Positions 30,557-38,405 of a stretch of DNA of 64,000 bases are shown here, in pieces; the first letter of the stretch is position 1; the number at the start of each line of letters is the position of its first letter. Location: sequence record SRR31156797_362; one strand, given 5' to 3'. The translations under genes and the position numbers were made by a program. A model generated the notes under the pieces. It worked only from the letters and a program-made list of their open reading frames with translations. It was not told the origin of the DNA and searched no databases.

Positions 30557-31027
30557 TTAATTGTTATGACAATCAGACATTTCTGCTAACTTTTGCATTT
30601 CGCATAAAGCCTCACCGAGTTGTTGTGCCATAATTTCTGATTTATCACCGTATTGAGACACAAAATTCTTAAACATCTTATCATGGTGCGCTTCATGATG
30701 AGAGTAGGCTGTCCATCCATTCTTAGTGAGTAATAAAGTGACAGCCTTGGCGTCATCGGGCTTTGTACCTTTTTTGACAAGGCCTTTCTTCATAAGTTTA
30801 CTAATACGTTCAGAAATCGTCGGCTTGGAGACGGAGAGTCGTTCTGCCAACTGTGTGACAGTGATTTTGGGTTCGTCACCAATTGCAGCTACGGTGTGTA
30901 TTTCCGCAGGGTGCAACCTCTGCCCAGTGCCAAAATCAACGCCACCACGATGATGAGCGTTTACAGTTTCGACAAGCTCCAGCAACGCATGCTGCATTTT
31001 TTCATAAGATTTTCTGAATTCGGTCAT
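30557..31027 (-). CDS. MarR-family transcriptional regulator
   Basis: EIHT..AIG, T.TQLAERL.VSK.TIS..I.KL..KGLV, D.....L.LT..G. Confidence 0.92.
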   Translation of the reverse strand: MTEFRKSYEKMQHALLELVETVNAHHRGGVDFGTGQRLHPAEIHTVAAIGDEPKITVTQLAERLSVSKPTISERISKLMKKGLVKKGTKPDDAKAVTLLLTKNGWTAYSHHEAHHDKMFKNFVSQYGDKSEIMAQQLGEALCEMQKLAEMSDCHNN

Positions 31028-31033
31028 GGGATT

Positions 31034-31061
31034 ATTGTAAGGTAGCCTAACTAAAAGTCAA
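31034..31061 (-). promoter_or_regulatory. sigma70 promoter of the marR gene overlapped by operator 2
   Basis: Minus strand reads TTGACT-16 nt-TACAAT-6 nt-ATG. Plus-strand 31035-31053 TTGTAAGGTAGCCTAACTA matches operator 1 at 16/19 positions. Confidence 0.68.
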
Positions 31062-31124
31062 CATAATAATTAAAATCAAAAATACCTGGTGGTTGAAGAA
31101 GAAAACAGTGTGTTCCGTTTAAAA

Positions 31125-31733
31125 TTATGCAGGCGTAATGATCTTTGAAGCAAGAAGCTCGTCTAGGATTCGTGCAACAGGCAGCCCAACTACATTGGTG
31201 TATGACCCTCGAATAGCGGTAACAAGAAATGTCCCAATCCCTTGAATGGCATATGCTCCTGCTTTATCAGTGGGTTCACCTGTTGCGATGTATCCCTTGA
31301 GTTCTATTTGAGTGGAGGAACGCATGTCGACATCCGTGCTAATAGCTTTGGTAATACGTGTGTCATCAGGCATCATCATACAAAATCCAGTGATGACTTG
31401 ATGCGTATTTCCAGACAAGGTCGTCAGCATTTCCAACGCATGATTATCATCTAAAGGTTTACCCATAATCCGGTTGTTTAAAACCACAATGGTGTCGGCT
31501 CCAAGTACGGTTTGGCTGGTATAGCGCTGTGCAACGTCCAACGTCTTTAGTTCTGCCATTCGTTTGACGTATTCTAACGGGTTTTCATTCATTTCCGGCT
31601 TCGGTTCATCAAGGGGACTTGGGTGAACAGTGAACTTGAGTCCGAGGTCGGCCAGAAGTTCTCGACGTCTGGGAGAGCCGGAAGCCAAAACAATGGGACT
31701 GATGGTGGTAAATGGACCTTGAGATTTTATCAT
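31125..31733 (-). CDS. maf: Maf-family nucleoside triphosphate pyrophosphatase
   Basis: LASGSPRRRELL, GADTIV, GKP, DKAGAYAIQG, NVVGLP. Confidence 0.95.
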   Translation of the reverse strand: MIKSQGPFTTISPIVLASGSPRRRELLADLGLKFTVHPSPLDEPKPEMNENPLEYVKRMAELKTLDVAQRYTSQTVLGADTIVVLNNRIMGKPLDDNHALEMLTTLSGNTHQVITGFCMMMPDDTRITKAISTDVDMRSSTQIELKGYIATGEPTDKAGAYAIQGIGTFLVTAIRGSYTNVVGLPVARILDELLASKIITPA

Positions 31734-31856
31734 AGGATGAATGTTTCTCCCATATTCCTGCCTGAGTCAATGTATAGGCTGTCAGCTTTTTGTCAGTATG
31801 AATTGATGGATGGAATTTGATTAAATAAATATCATTATTTTAAGTGATTACTATAA

Positions 31857-31872
31857 TGGTAGGATTCTTGCT
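31857..31872 (+). promoter_or_regulatory. putative sigma54 (-24/-12) promoter for motB-motA
   Basis: TGGTAGGATTCTTGCT has GG-N10-GC spacing, ends 33 nt upstream of the ATG, and follows an AT-rich tract. Confidence 0.6.
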
Positions 31873-31905
31873 CCATATCGTGCGCGTAGATGCGCAGGAG
31901 AATAT

Positions 31906-32628
31906 ATGCAGCAAATCGAAAAGAATTTTACCAAAGATTTTTCATCGTTTGGTCAAATGGAAGGAGAAGGGGCAATCCGTGGCATGAACGATTGGTCAGT
32001 GCCATGGGCTGATCTGATGATGGTTATGTTTGTTCTGTTCGTGGTGTTGTTTATGTATGCCAGTACGCATCAGGATGTGAAAATCCTGTTTAGTCATCAA
32101 ACCGCGGAAAAGGCGCAGGCTGCGAGTACTCTTGATCCTCTTATTGGATTGATCGGGCAGATTGCCAGCCGAGCGGAGAGTGGGGGGTCTCAAGATATAG
32201 TGCGCGTTGCAGAGACTGAAGTGCTGTTTCGATCTCGTTCAAAAGGGATTTCCGTTATTCGAGAAGCCCCGGGACAGGTGCGCATTTCATTGCGAGGTGC
32301 ACTGTTTTTTGACGAGAAATCAGGAGAACTCAAAACTGGATCATGGCAGTACTTAAACGAGATTGCTGAAGTGGTGAAGCTCAGTCTGGGGACAGTTCAT
32401 GTTGTGGGTTTCGTCGACAAGAGTGAATCGGAAGGGCAGCAAAGTTTTACTTTGTCTTCAGAACGTGCGGCTAATGTCGCGGAATTTCTTATTACGCAGT
32501 TTGAAATTGCTCCTAAGCGAATCATTATAACCGGCAGAGGGTCATATCAACCGGAAGTGCCCGATACATCCGAAGCCAACAAAGCGCAAAATCGACGAGT
32601 TGAAATCGTCATCATCCATCAAAGCTGA
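31906..32628 (+). CDS. motB: MotB/PomB-family stator B subunit with OmpA-like domain
   Basis: W.VPWADLM TM segment with the conserved Asp; LS.ERA..V and NRRVEI. Confidence 0.82.
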   Translation: MQQIEKNFTKDFSSFGQMEGEGAIRGMNDWSVPWADLMMVMFVLFVVLFMYASTHQDVKILFSHQTAEKAQAASTLDPLIGLIGQIASRAESGGSQDIVRVAETEVLFRSRSKGISVIREAPGQVRISLRGALFFDEKSGELKTGSWQYLNEIAEVVKLSLGTVHVVGFVDKSESEGQQSFTLSSERAANVAEFLITQFEIAPKRIIITGRGSYQPEVPDTSEANKAQNRRVEIVIIHQS

Positions 32629-32644
32629 TCGATTGGAGAGTGTC

Positions 32645-33517
32645 ATGAGTAGAAAGAATTTTATTGGAGTGGGATTGAGTCTTGTCATTTTCGTGTGCAG
32701 CTTTATGCTGACCGGAGCCGCAGGGGCTTATTTCAATCTGGCAGCATTTTTGGTCGTTATGTCTGGACTGACAGCCGCAATGTTGATCAGCTACCCTGTG
32801 CTGCACGTGAAAAATGCTTTCAATGTAGCGAAGAATATCTATTCCACCAAAAGTGTTTCGGCTGAATCTATTGTCAATACATTGCTCGATCTTTCGGTCA
32901 AGAGCAAAGTGGACGGTATTTTATCTTTGGAGCGCTCAAAGGCCAAAGATATCAGCTCGTTCATGAAGAACGGCTTGATTCTGCTCGTGGACAACTACAA
33001 GGAAGATGAAATCCGTGAATGTCTGAATGCTGAAATGTCATTTTTCAACCTGCGCCGTCAGCAAAGTGAGCGTTTTTTCCAAACTCTTGCTCGAATGGCT
33101 CCGGCGTTCGGTGTTGCAGGTAGTGTTATTGGTTTGATTGGTTTGCTTATGGGAATTAATGATACGGCTGTCATTCTCAAAAATATCCCTGTGGCGTTTA
33201 TTTCTACACTCTATGGGTTGATTTTGAGTAATCTTGTGTTTTCACCCATTGCAGAAAATATTAATTTTTCCACTCGTGCTGAATTGTTGAATCAGAAGTT
33301 GGTCCTTGAAGGTATTATCGCTATCAGCAAAGAACAGAATTCGTATAAATTAGAACGTAAGCTTGCTTCGTTCCTGAGTCCCAGTGAACGCGAAGGCAAG
33401 ACAGAAACCCTGCGTAAGATTACTCGGAAGTATGTACAAAAGAAACAGCAACCTGTGGAGCTGGCGGATATGCCGTCCATGACAGAGTCAACAGAGAAAG
33501 CTACGGAAGCGGCGTAG
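32645..33517 (+). CDS. motA: MotA/PomA-family stator A subunit
   Basis: G.LSLE, F.K.GL.L.VD, APAFG..GSVIGLI, STLYG...SNL.F.PIA. Confidence 0.85.
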   Translation: MSRKNFIGVGLSLVIFVCSFMLTGAAGAYFNLAAFLVVMSGLTAAMLISYPVLHVKNAFNVAKNIYSTKSVSAESIVNTLLDLSVKSKVDGILSLERSKAKDISSFMKNGLILLVDNYKEDEIRECLNAEMSFFNLRRQQSERFFQTLARMAPAFGVAGSVIGLIGLLMGINDTAVILKNIPVAFISTLYGLILSNLVFSPIAENINFSTRAELLNQKLVLEGIIAISKEQNSYKLERKLASFLSPSEREGKTETLRKITRKYVQKKQQPVELADMPSMTESTEKATEAA

Positions 33518-33540
33518 CTAAATCCAATCGATACAGCAGA

Positions 33541-33570
33541 AAAGGGAGCCTTCGGGCTCCTTTTCTTTTT
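33541..33570 (+). terminator. intrinsic terminator after motA
   Basis: GGAGCC-TTCG-GGCTCC followed by TTTTCTTTTT. Confidence 0.85.
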
Positions 33571-33613
33571 GTCTGATTATGATAGTGTCCCGCTCACAGG
33601 AGGCATTTTACTG

Positions 33614-34561
33614 ATGGCGAAGATTCTGGCCGCTGATATTGGCGGCACCAACAGTCGGTTTGCACTTTTTGAAACCACAGGTGACGACCTCGCCATGGTG
33701 GATTCCATTTGGTTGGAAACCCATGGTGCAGAGACATTCTCTCAACTTTTGGAACAACTTTGGAGCAGTGATTTTTCTGCACGACCGGGGGCTTTTGAGA
33801 GTGTTGTTGTGGCGGCTGCCGGGGCGGTTGTTGGTGGTGTGGAATGTCCTCGTTTGACCAATGCGTCCTGGGGAATAGATGTCCGTGATGTCGATTTTGG
33901 GACAAAAAAAGTAAGTGTCATCAATGACTTTGCCGCACAAGCGTATGCCTGTCGGACTTCTGCCGTGGACGATGCCATGGTTATTCAGGAGGGGGAAAGT
34001 GTTGACCGTGACCCCATAGCTGTCATCGGCGCAGGGACGGGGCTCGGATACTCCGCACTTATTCCGACCGATTGCGGTTGGAGTGCATTACCTTTCGAAG
34101 GTGGGCATATGGCTTTCCCTTTTTACGGAAAAGAAGAATTTGAATATGGTGAATTCAATCGGCAGGAAAGCGGTCGTCGTTGGCCCGAAGGTGATTCCGT
34201 TGTTACCGGGCTTGGTTTGCAATTGGTGCATAAATTTTTGACGGGCGAGGATTTGACACCAAAAGAAATCTCTGCGTCCATTACTTTGAAGAGTAAGACG
34301 ACCAAATGGTATGCCCGGTTTTATGCCAGAGCGTGTCGCGATTGGGCCATCGGAGTTATGTCTCACGGTGGTTTTTTTATTGCTGGTGGCATCGCCGCCA
34401 AGAATCATATGTTTGTTACTATCCCGGATTTTTTGGAAGAATTTCATGATTCTCATATCTATGGTGATCTTTTGCGTTCTGTTCCCATTCGACTCAATTG
34501 CAATGAAGAGAGCGGATTATACGGGGCGGGATTCCATGGAATGCAACTGCTGACGCGATAA
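33614..34561 (+). CDS. glk: glucokinase
   Basis: ADIGGTNSRFA, INDF.AQAY, GAGTGLG, EGGH, GGIA. Confidence 0.9.
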   Translation: MAKILAADIGGTNSRFALFETTGDDLAMVDSIWLETHGAETFSQLLEQLWSSDFSARPGAFESVVVAAAGAVVGGVECPRLTNASWGIDVRDVDFGTKKVSVINDFAAQAYACRTSAVDDAMVIQEGESVDRDPIAVIGAGTGLGYSALIPTDCGWSALPFEGGHMAFPFYGKEEFEYGEFNRQESGRRWPEGDSVVTGLGLQLVHKFLTGEDLTPKEISASITLKSKTTKWYARFYARACRDWAIGVMSHGGFFIAGGIAAKNHMFVTIPDFLEEFHDSHIYGDLLRSVPIRLNCNEESGLYGAGFHGMQLLTR

Positions 34562-34655
34562 GGTGTAATTAGGGCGTAGAATTGCTTGATTAAGCGGTTT
34601 GATACGGGTAAGAAAGCCAATTCCTTTGAACAGCACATGCAGGAGATGTTTCACT

Positions 34656-35144
34656 ATGGGTGACAAGAGCAGATATCAGAAGATGTTCCCGGTTTCTTGG
34701 GAACAACTGCATCGCGATTGCAGAGCTTTGTCCTGGCGACTTGTGGAAAAGGGGCCATGGAAGGGTATTCTCGCCATTACACGTGGCGGTTTGGTTCCGG
34801 CTGCGATCATTGCTCGAGAATTGGATATTCATTTGATTGATACTATCTGTCTCTCTTCCTATAACTGGAAAGAACAGGGTGATACGAATGTTCTCAAACA
34901 GGTAGACTGTGACGGAGAAGGCTGGTTGCTGATTGACGATCTCGTTGACACCGGCAAAACCGCAAAGCTGGCTCGTGACATGGTTCCTAAAGCACATTTT
35001 GCTACGGTTTATGCCAAGCCTGAAGGGCGTCCTTTGGTCGAAACATATATTACGGAAGTGAGTCAGGACACTTGGATTTTATTTCCATGGGATGCCGGTT
35101 CTCAATTTGTTGAACCAATTGCTCAAGTCTCTGACGACGAATAG
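34656..35144 (+). CDS. gpt: xanthine-guanine phosphoribosyltransferase
   Basis: [30 protein letters not shown]. Confidence 0.95.
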   Translation: MGDKSRYQKMFPVSWEQLHRDCRALSWRLVEKGPWKGILAITRGGLVPAAIIARELDIHLIDTICLSSYNWKEQGDTNVLKQVDCDGEGWLLIDDLVDTGKTAKLARDMVPKAHFATVYAKPEGRPLVETYITEVSQDTWILFPWDAGSQFVEPIAQVSDDE

Positions 35145-35260
35145 ACGAAGAAAGACTACTATCCACGCTGATTACTCCCGGCAGTACCCCTTGAGCCTTG
35201 CTCGATCGGACTCGCTGGGATAGAGTTTCGAGATATTAAATCGCTAACGGAGAGGTCCAC

Positions 35261-36406
35261 ATGAAAAAATTGCTGAAACTGTTTGGTGTATCCGCCATGT
35301 GCATGGCGCTACTCCTGTCCCTGGTTGCCTGCGGCGAAGCCCCTCAGGAGAAAAAAGCGGAAGAGCCTGCAAAGGTTGAAGAAGCTGCTGCTCCTGCCAA
35401 GGAAGAGCCCAAGACCGTCAAGGCCGGATTTGTTTATGTTTCCCCGGTGGGTGACGCAGGTTACTCCTACGCTCACGATCAGGGCCGTCAGGCCGTGGAT
35501 GCCCTTGATTGGGTAACCACTTCTTTTGTTGAGTCCGTGCCTGAGGGAGCAGACTCCGAGCGTGTCATTCGCAACATGGCTCGTAAGGGCTTTGATATTA
35601 TTTTTACCACCAGTTTTGGTTATATGGACCCGACCATCAAGGTTGGTAAGGAATTTCCGGACGCCAAGTTCATGCACTGTTCCGGTTTCAAAAAATCTGC
35701 CAATGTCACCAACTATTTTGGCCGTGTTTATCAGGCCCGCTTCCTGACGGGCATGGTGGCCGGTGCCATGACCAAGACCGACAAGCTCGGTTATGTGGCA
35801 GCTTTCCCGATTCCCGAAGTTATTCGCGGAATTAATGCTTTTGCTGTCGGTGCTCGCCAGATGAATCCGAATGCCGAAGTCCGCGTTGTTTGGACCAAGA
35901 CCTGGTATGATCCGGCTTTGGAAAAAGACGCAGCCAAGTCTCTTTTGGATGCTGGTTGTGACGTTATCGCTCAGCATCAGGATTCTCCTGCACCGCAGGA
36001 AGCTGCTGAAGAAGCTGGTGTGTACTCTATTGGTTACAATTCCGATATGTCTTCTTTCGCTCCCAAGGCTCACCTGACTTCCGCTATCTGGAACTGGGGC
36101 CCCGTCTACACCAAGACTGTTGAACAGGTTCGCGATGGTTCCTGGAAGGGTGACGAGTCTCTTTGGTGGTCCATGGAAGACGGCGTTGTCGATATCGCTC
36201 CCATGGGTCCGATGGTCCCGGAAGATGTCAAGAGTGCTGTGATGGCTAAGCGTGCCGAACTCGTTAAAGGTAATGACATCTGCTTTGTTGGTCCTATCAA
36301 GGATCAGAGTGGTGCAATCAAGATCGCCGATGGCGAAAAGGCCACCGACGCCCAACTGCATGATATGATGTGGTTTGTTGAAGGCGTTGTCGGTACTGTA
36401 AAATAA
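35261..36406 (+). CDS. BMP-family ABC substrate-binding lipoprotein (purine nucleoside type)
   Basis: Lipobox LVAC, D.GY..AH..G, TSFGY, PIPEVIRGINAF, W...WYDP..E, QH.DS. Confidence 0.9.
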   Translation: MKKLLKLFGVSAMCMALLLSLVACGEAPQEKKAEEPAKVEEAAAPAKEEPKTVKAGFVYVSPVGDAGYSYAHDQGRQAVDALDWVTTSFVESVPEGADSERVIRNMARKGFDIIFTTSFGYMDPTIKVGKEFPDAKFMHCSGFKKSANVTNYFGRVYQARFLTGMVAGAMTKTDKLGYVAAFPIPEVIRGINAFAVGARQMNPNAEVRVVWTKTWYDPALEKDAAKSLLDAGCDVIAQHQDSPAPQEAAEEAGVYSIGYNSDMSSFAPKAHLTSAIWNWGPVYTKTVEQVRDGSWKGDESLWWSMEDGVVDIAPMGPMVPEDVKSAVMAKRAELVKGNDICFVGPIKDQSGAIKIADGEKATDAQLHDMMWFVEGVVGTVK

Positions 36407-36415
36407 GTACGGCAC

Positions 36416-37480
36416 ATGCCTCTGAAAATAATAAAAAGAGATGAACCCTGGAAGTGGGGCGCCCTGGTTGTATTCCTGGGCGCCCTGCTCTTTTCCCTTT
36501 TTGTGAGTGCGCTACTCATTGAAGGGCAGGGCAAGGACGCACTGCACGGGATGATGGTCCTGTGGCAGGGAAGTTTTGGTAACCTTTGGGCGCTGGAAGG
36601 CGCACTGCTTAAAGCCATTCCGCTTTTCCTCTGTTCTTTGGGTGTGGCCGTGGCCTTTCGCATGCAGATATGGAATATCGGCGCGGAAGGTCAGTTTGCA
36701 CTCGGGGCTATTGGGGCCACATGGATGGCTCTCCTGTTTCCTGATTTGCCAGGTTTTATTTTGCTTCCGCTCATGTTTATCATGGCTTTCATTCTTGGCG
36801 GAGCCTGGGCATTCATTCCCGCATTTCTGAAGCTCAAATTGCGTGTTAACGAAATTATTTCCACGTTGATGCTCAATTATATTGCAATACTTCTTCTTGA
36901 TTATCTCGTCTTTGGTGTTTGGAAAGACCCTGCTAGTTTTGGGTTTCCCATGACCCCTGAATTTTCTGTGAATGCTATTATTCCACATATAGGTTCCACC
37001 CGTGTGCATTGGGGATTACTGTTTTGTGCGATTGTAGGCATAGGGCTGTGGGCTTTCATGCGCTTTACCCGTCTTGGATTTGAATTACAGGCGAGTGGTG
37101 AAGGTGCTCGTGTGGCCAAGTATGCCAAGATTCGTTACGGCATGCTCGTTATGTTCGTTATGTGTCTGTCTGGTGGATTTGCCGGGTTTGCCGGATGTAT
37201 CGAAACCTCGGCTGTTCTGAATCGGTTGCAGCCGAGTCTTATCGTTGGATACGGTTACACTGCCATTGTCGTGGCGTGGTTGGCTCGTCTTGAACCTTTG
37301 AATATTGCGTTTGCTTCATTCCTGCTGGCTGCATTGCGGGTCGGTGTGGAAAATTTGCAACTGGAATTGCAGATTCCGGCTGCATTCGGTGTGATTATGG
37401 AGGGCATGATCCTCCTGACTGTTTTAGCTGGACAGTTTTTCCTTTTATACACCTTAGAACGCAAACAAAGGCAGGACTAA
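36416..37480 (+). CDS. nucleoside ABC transporter permease
   Basis: WNIGAEGQ, NEII.TLMLNY, GYGYTAIVVA.LA. Confidence 0.9.
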   Translation: MPLKIIKRDEPWKWGALVVFLGALLFSLFVSALLIEGQGKDALHGMMVLWQGSFGNLWALEGALLKAIPLFLCSLGVAVAFRMQIWNIGAEGQFALGAIGATWMALLFPDLPGFILLPLMFIMAFILGGAWAFIPAFLKLKLRVNEIISTLMLNYIAILLLDYLVFGVWKDPASFGFPMTPEFSVNAIIPHIGSTRVHWGLLFCAIVGIGLWAFMRFTRLGFELQASGEGARVAKYAKIRYGMLVMFVMCLSGGFAGFAGCIETSAVLNRLQPSLIVGYGYTAIVVAWLARLEPLNIAFASFLLAALRVGVENLQLELQIPAAFGVIMEGMILLTVLAGQFFLLYTLERKQRQD

Positions 37481-37484
37481 GCGT

Positions 37485-38402
37485 ATGTGGGAATTTTTGA
37501 TACCGCTTTTTGCTGCTACAGTGCAGTCCGGCACTCCAATTCTTTATGCGACTTTGGGCGAAATGATGACCGAGAAGGGCGGTGTGCTCAACCTTGGTGT
37601 TGAAGGCATTATGTCCGTTGCTGCTTTGGCTGCTTTTTGGGTTAGCTTGACCACTGGGTCGCCGTGGCTCGGTTTTCTTGCAGGTGGCACCGCTGGAATG
37701 ATTTTCGCTTCATTGCACGGTTTTGTCTGTATTTCCTGTCTGGGTAATCAGGTTGTTTCCGGTTTGGCGTTAACTATTCTTGGCACTGGGCTGACACATT
37801 ACCTTGGTGTTCCATATGTAGGTTTGCCTGCTCCGGGATTCAGTCCTTTTGATTTTCCGGTGTTGTCACAAATTCCATTTATTGGTGAGATTTTCTTTAA
37901 ACATGACATGCTGGTGTATGTGTCATTTATCGTGCCGTTTTTATTTTGGTTCTTTTTCAAACGGACCAGCCTTGGGTTGCATGTTACGGCGACTGGTGAA
38001 ATGCCGGCCGCTGCCGCTGCAGTCGGTCTGAAGCCTGTGGCTCTTCGTTACTTCGCAGTTATTGCCGGCGGTTTTCTTATCGGTCTTGGCGGAGCGTATC
38101 TTTCGTTGGCATATACACATCTATGGACAAATGGTTTGTCTGGCGGACGTGGATGGATTGCCGTGGCTCTGGTCATTTTTGCCTTTTGGCGACCGGGCAG
38201 GGCTGTTGTTGGCGCCTATCTTTTTGGTGGCGTCATGGCTTTTCAGCTTCGTTTACAGGCCATTGGTACGAATTTACCGTCTTCTCTGTTGCTCATGCTT
38301 CCTTACCTGCTGACTATTTTCGTCTTGATCCTTTCCGCTTGGCGCGGTCGTCGTGTTGATGGCCCTGCGGCCCTTGGTACCAACATCGAGCCGGAGGGGT
38401 AG
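37485..38402 (+). CDS. nucleoside ABC transporter permease
   Basis: GE...EK.GVLNLGVEG, GRGWIAVALVIF..W.P, MLPY.LT. Confidence 0.9.
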   Translation: MWEFLIPLFAATVQSGTPILYATLGEMMTEKGGVLNLGVEGIMSVAALAAFWVSLTTGSPWLGFLAGGTAGMIFASLHGFVCISCLGNQVVSGLALTILGTGLTHYLGVPYVGLPAPGFSPFDFPVLSQIPFIGEIFFKHDMLVYVSFIVPFLFWFFFKRTSLGLHVTATGEMPAAAAAVGLKPVALRYFAVIAGGFLIGLGGAYLSLAYTHLWTNGLSGGRGWIAVALVIFAFWRPGRAVVGAYLFGGVMAFQLRLQAIGTNLPSSLLLMLPYLLTIFVLILSAWRGRRVDGPAALGTNIEPEG

Positions 38403-38405
38403 GGC

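Noticed and set aside
28000..31125. IS, integron or prophage origin for the accessory block
   Set aside because: No transposase or integrase, and no terminal inverted repeats, target duplications or attC-like sites that I could identify by eye.
31906..33517. Zorya (ZorAB) anti-phage motor
   Set aside because: The A subunit lacks the very long cytoplasmic tail, no ZorC/D/E genes are adjacent, and the motifs and promoter fit a flagellar-type stator.
35309..36415. 368-aa antisense ORF opposite the BMP gene (similar shadows at 18331-19032, 39993-40859, 44658-45431, 46071-46961 and 52000-52800)
   Set aside because: They lie antisense to well-conserved genes, have no recognisable motifs, and are explained by codon bias of the sense gene.
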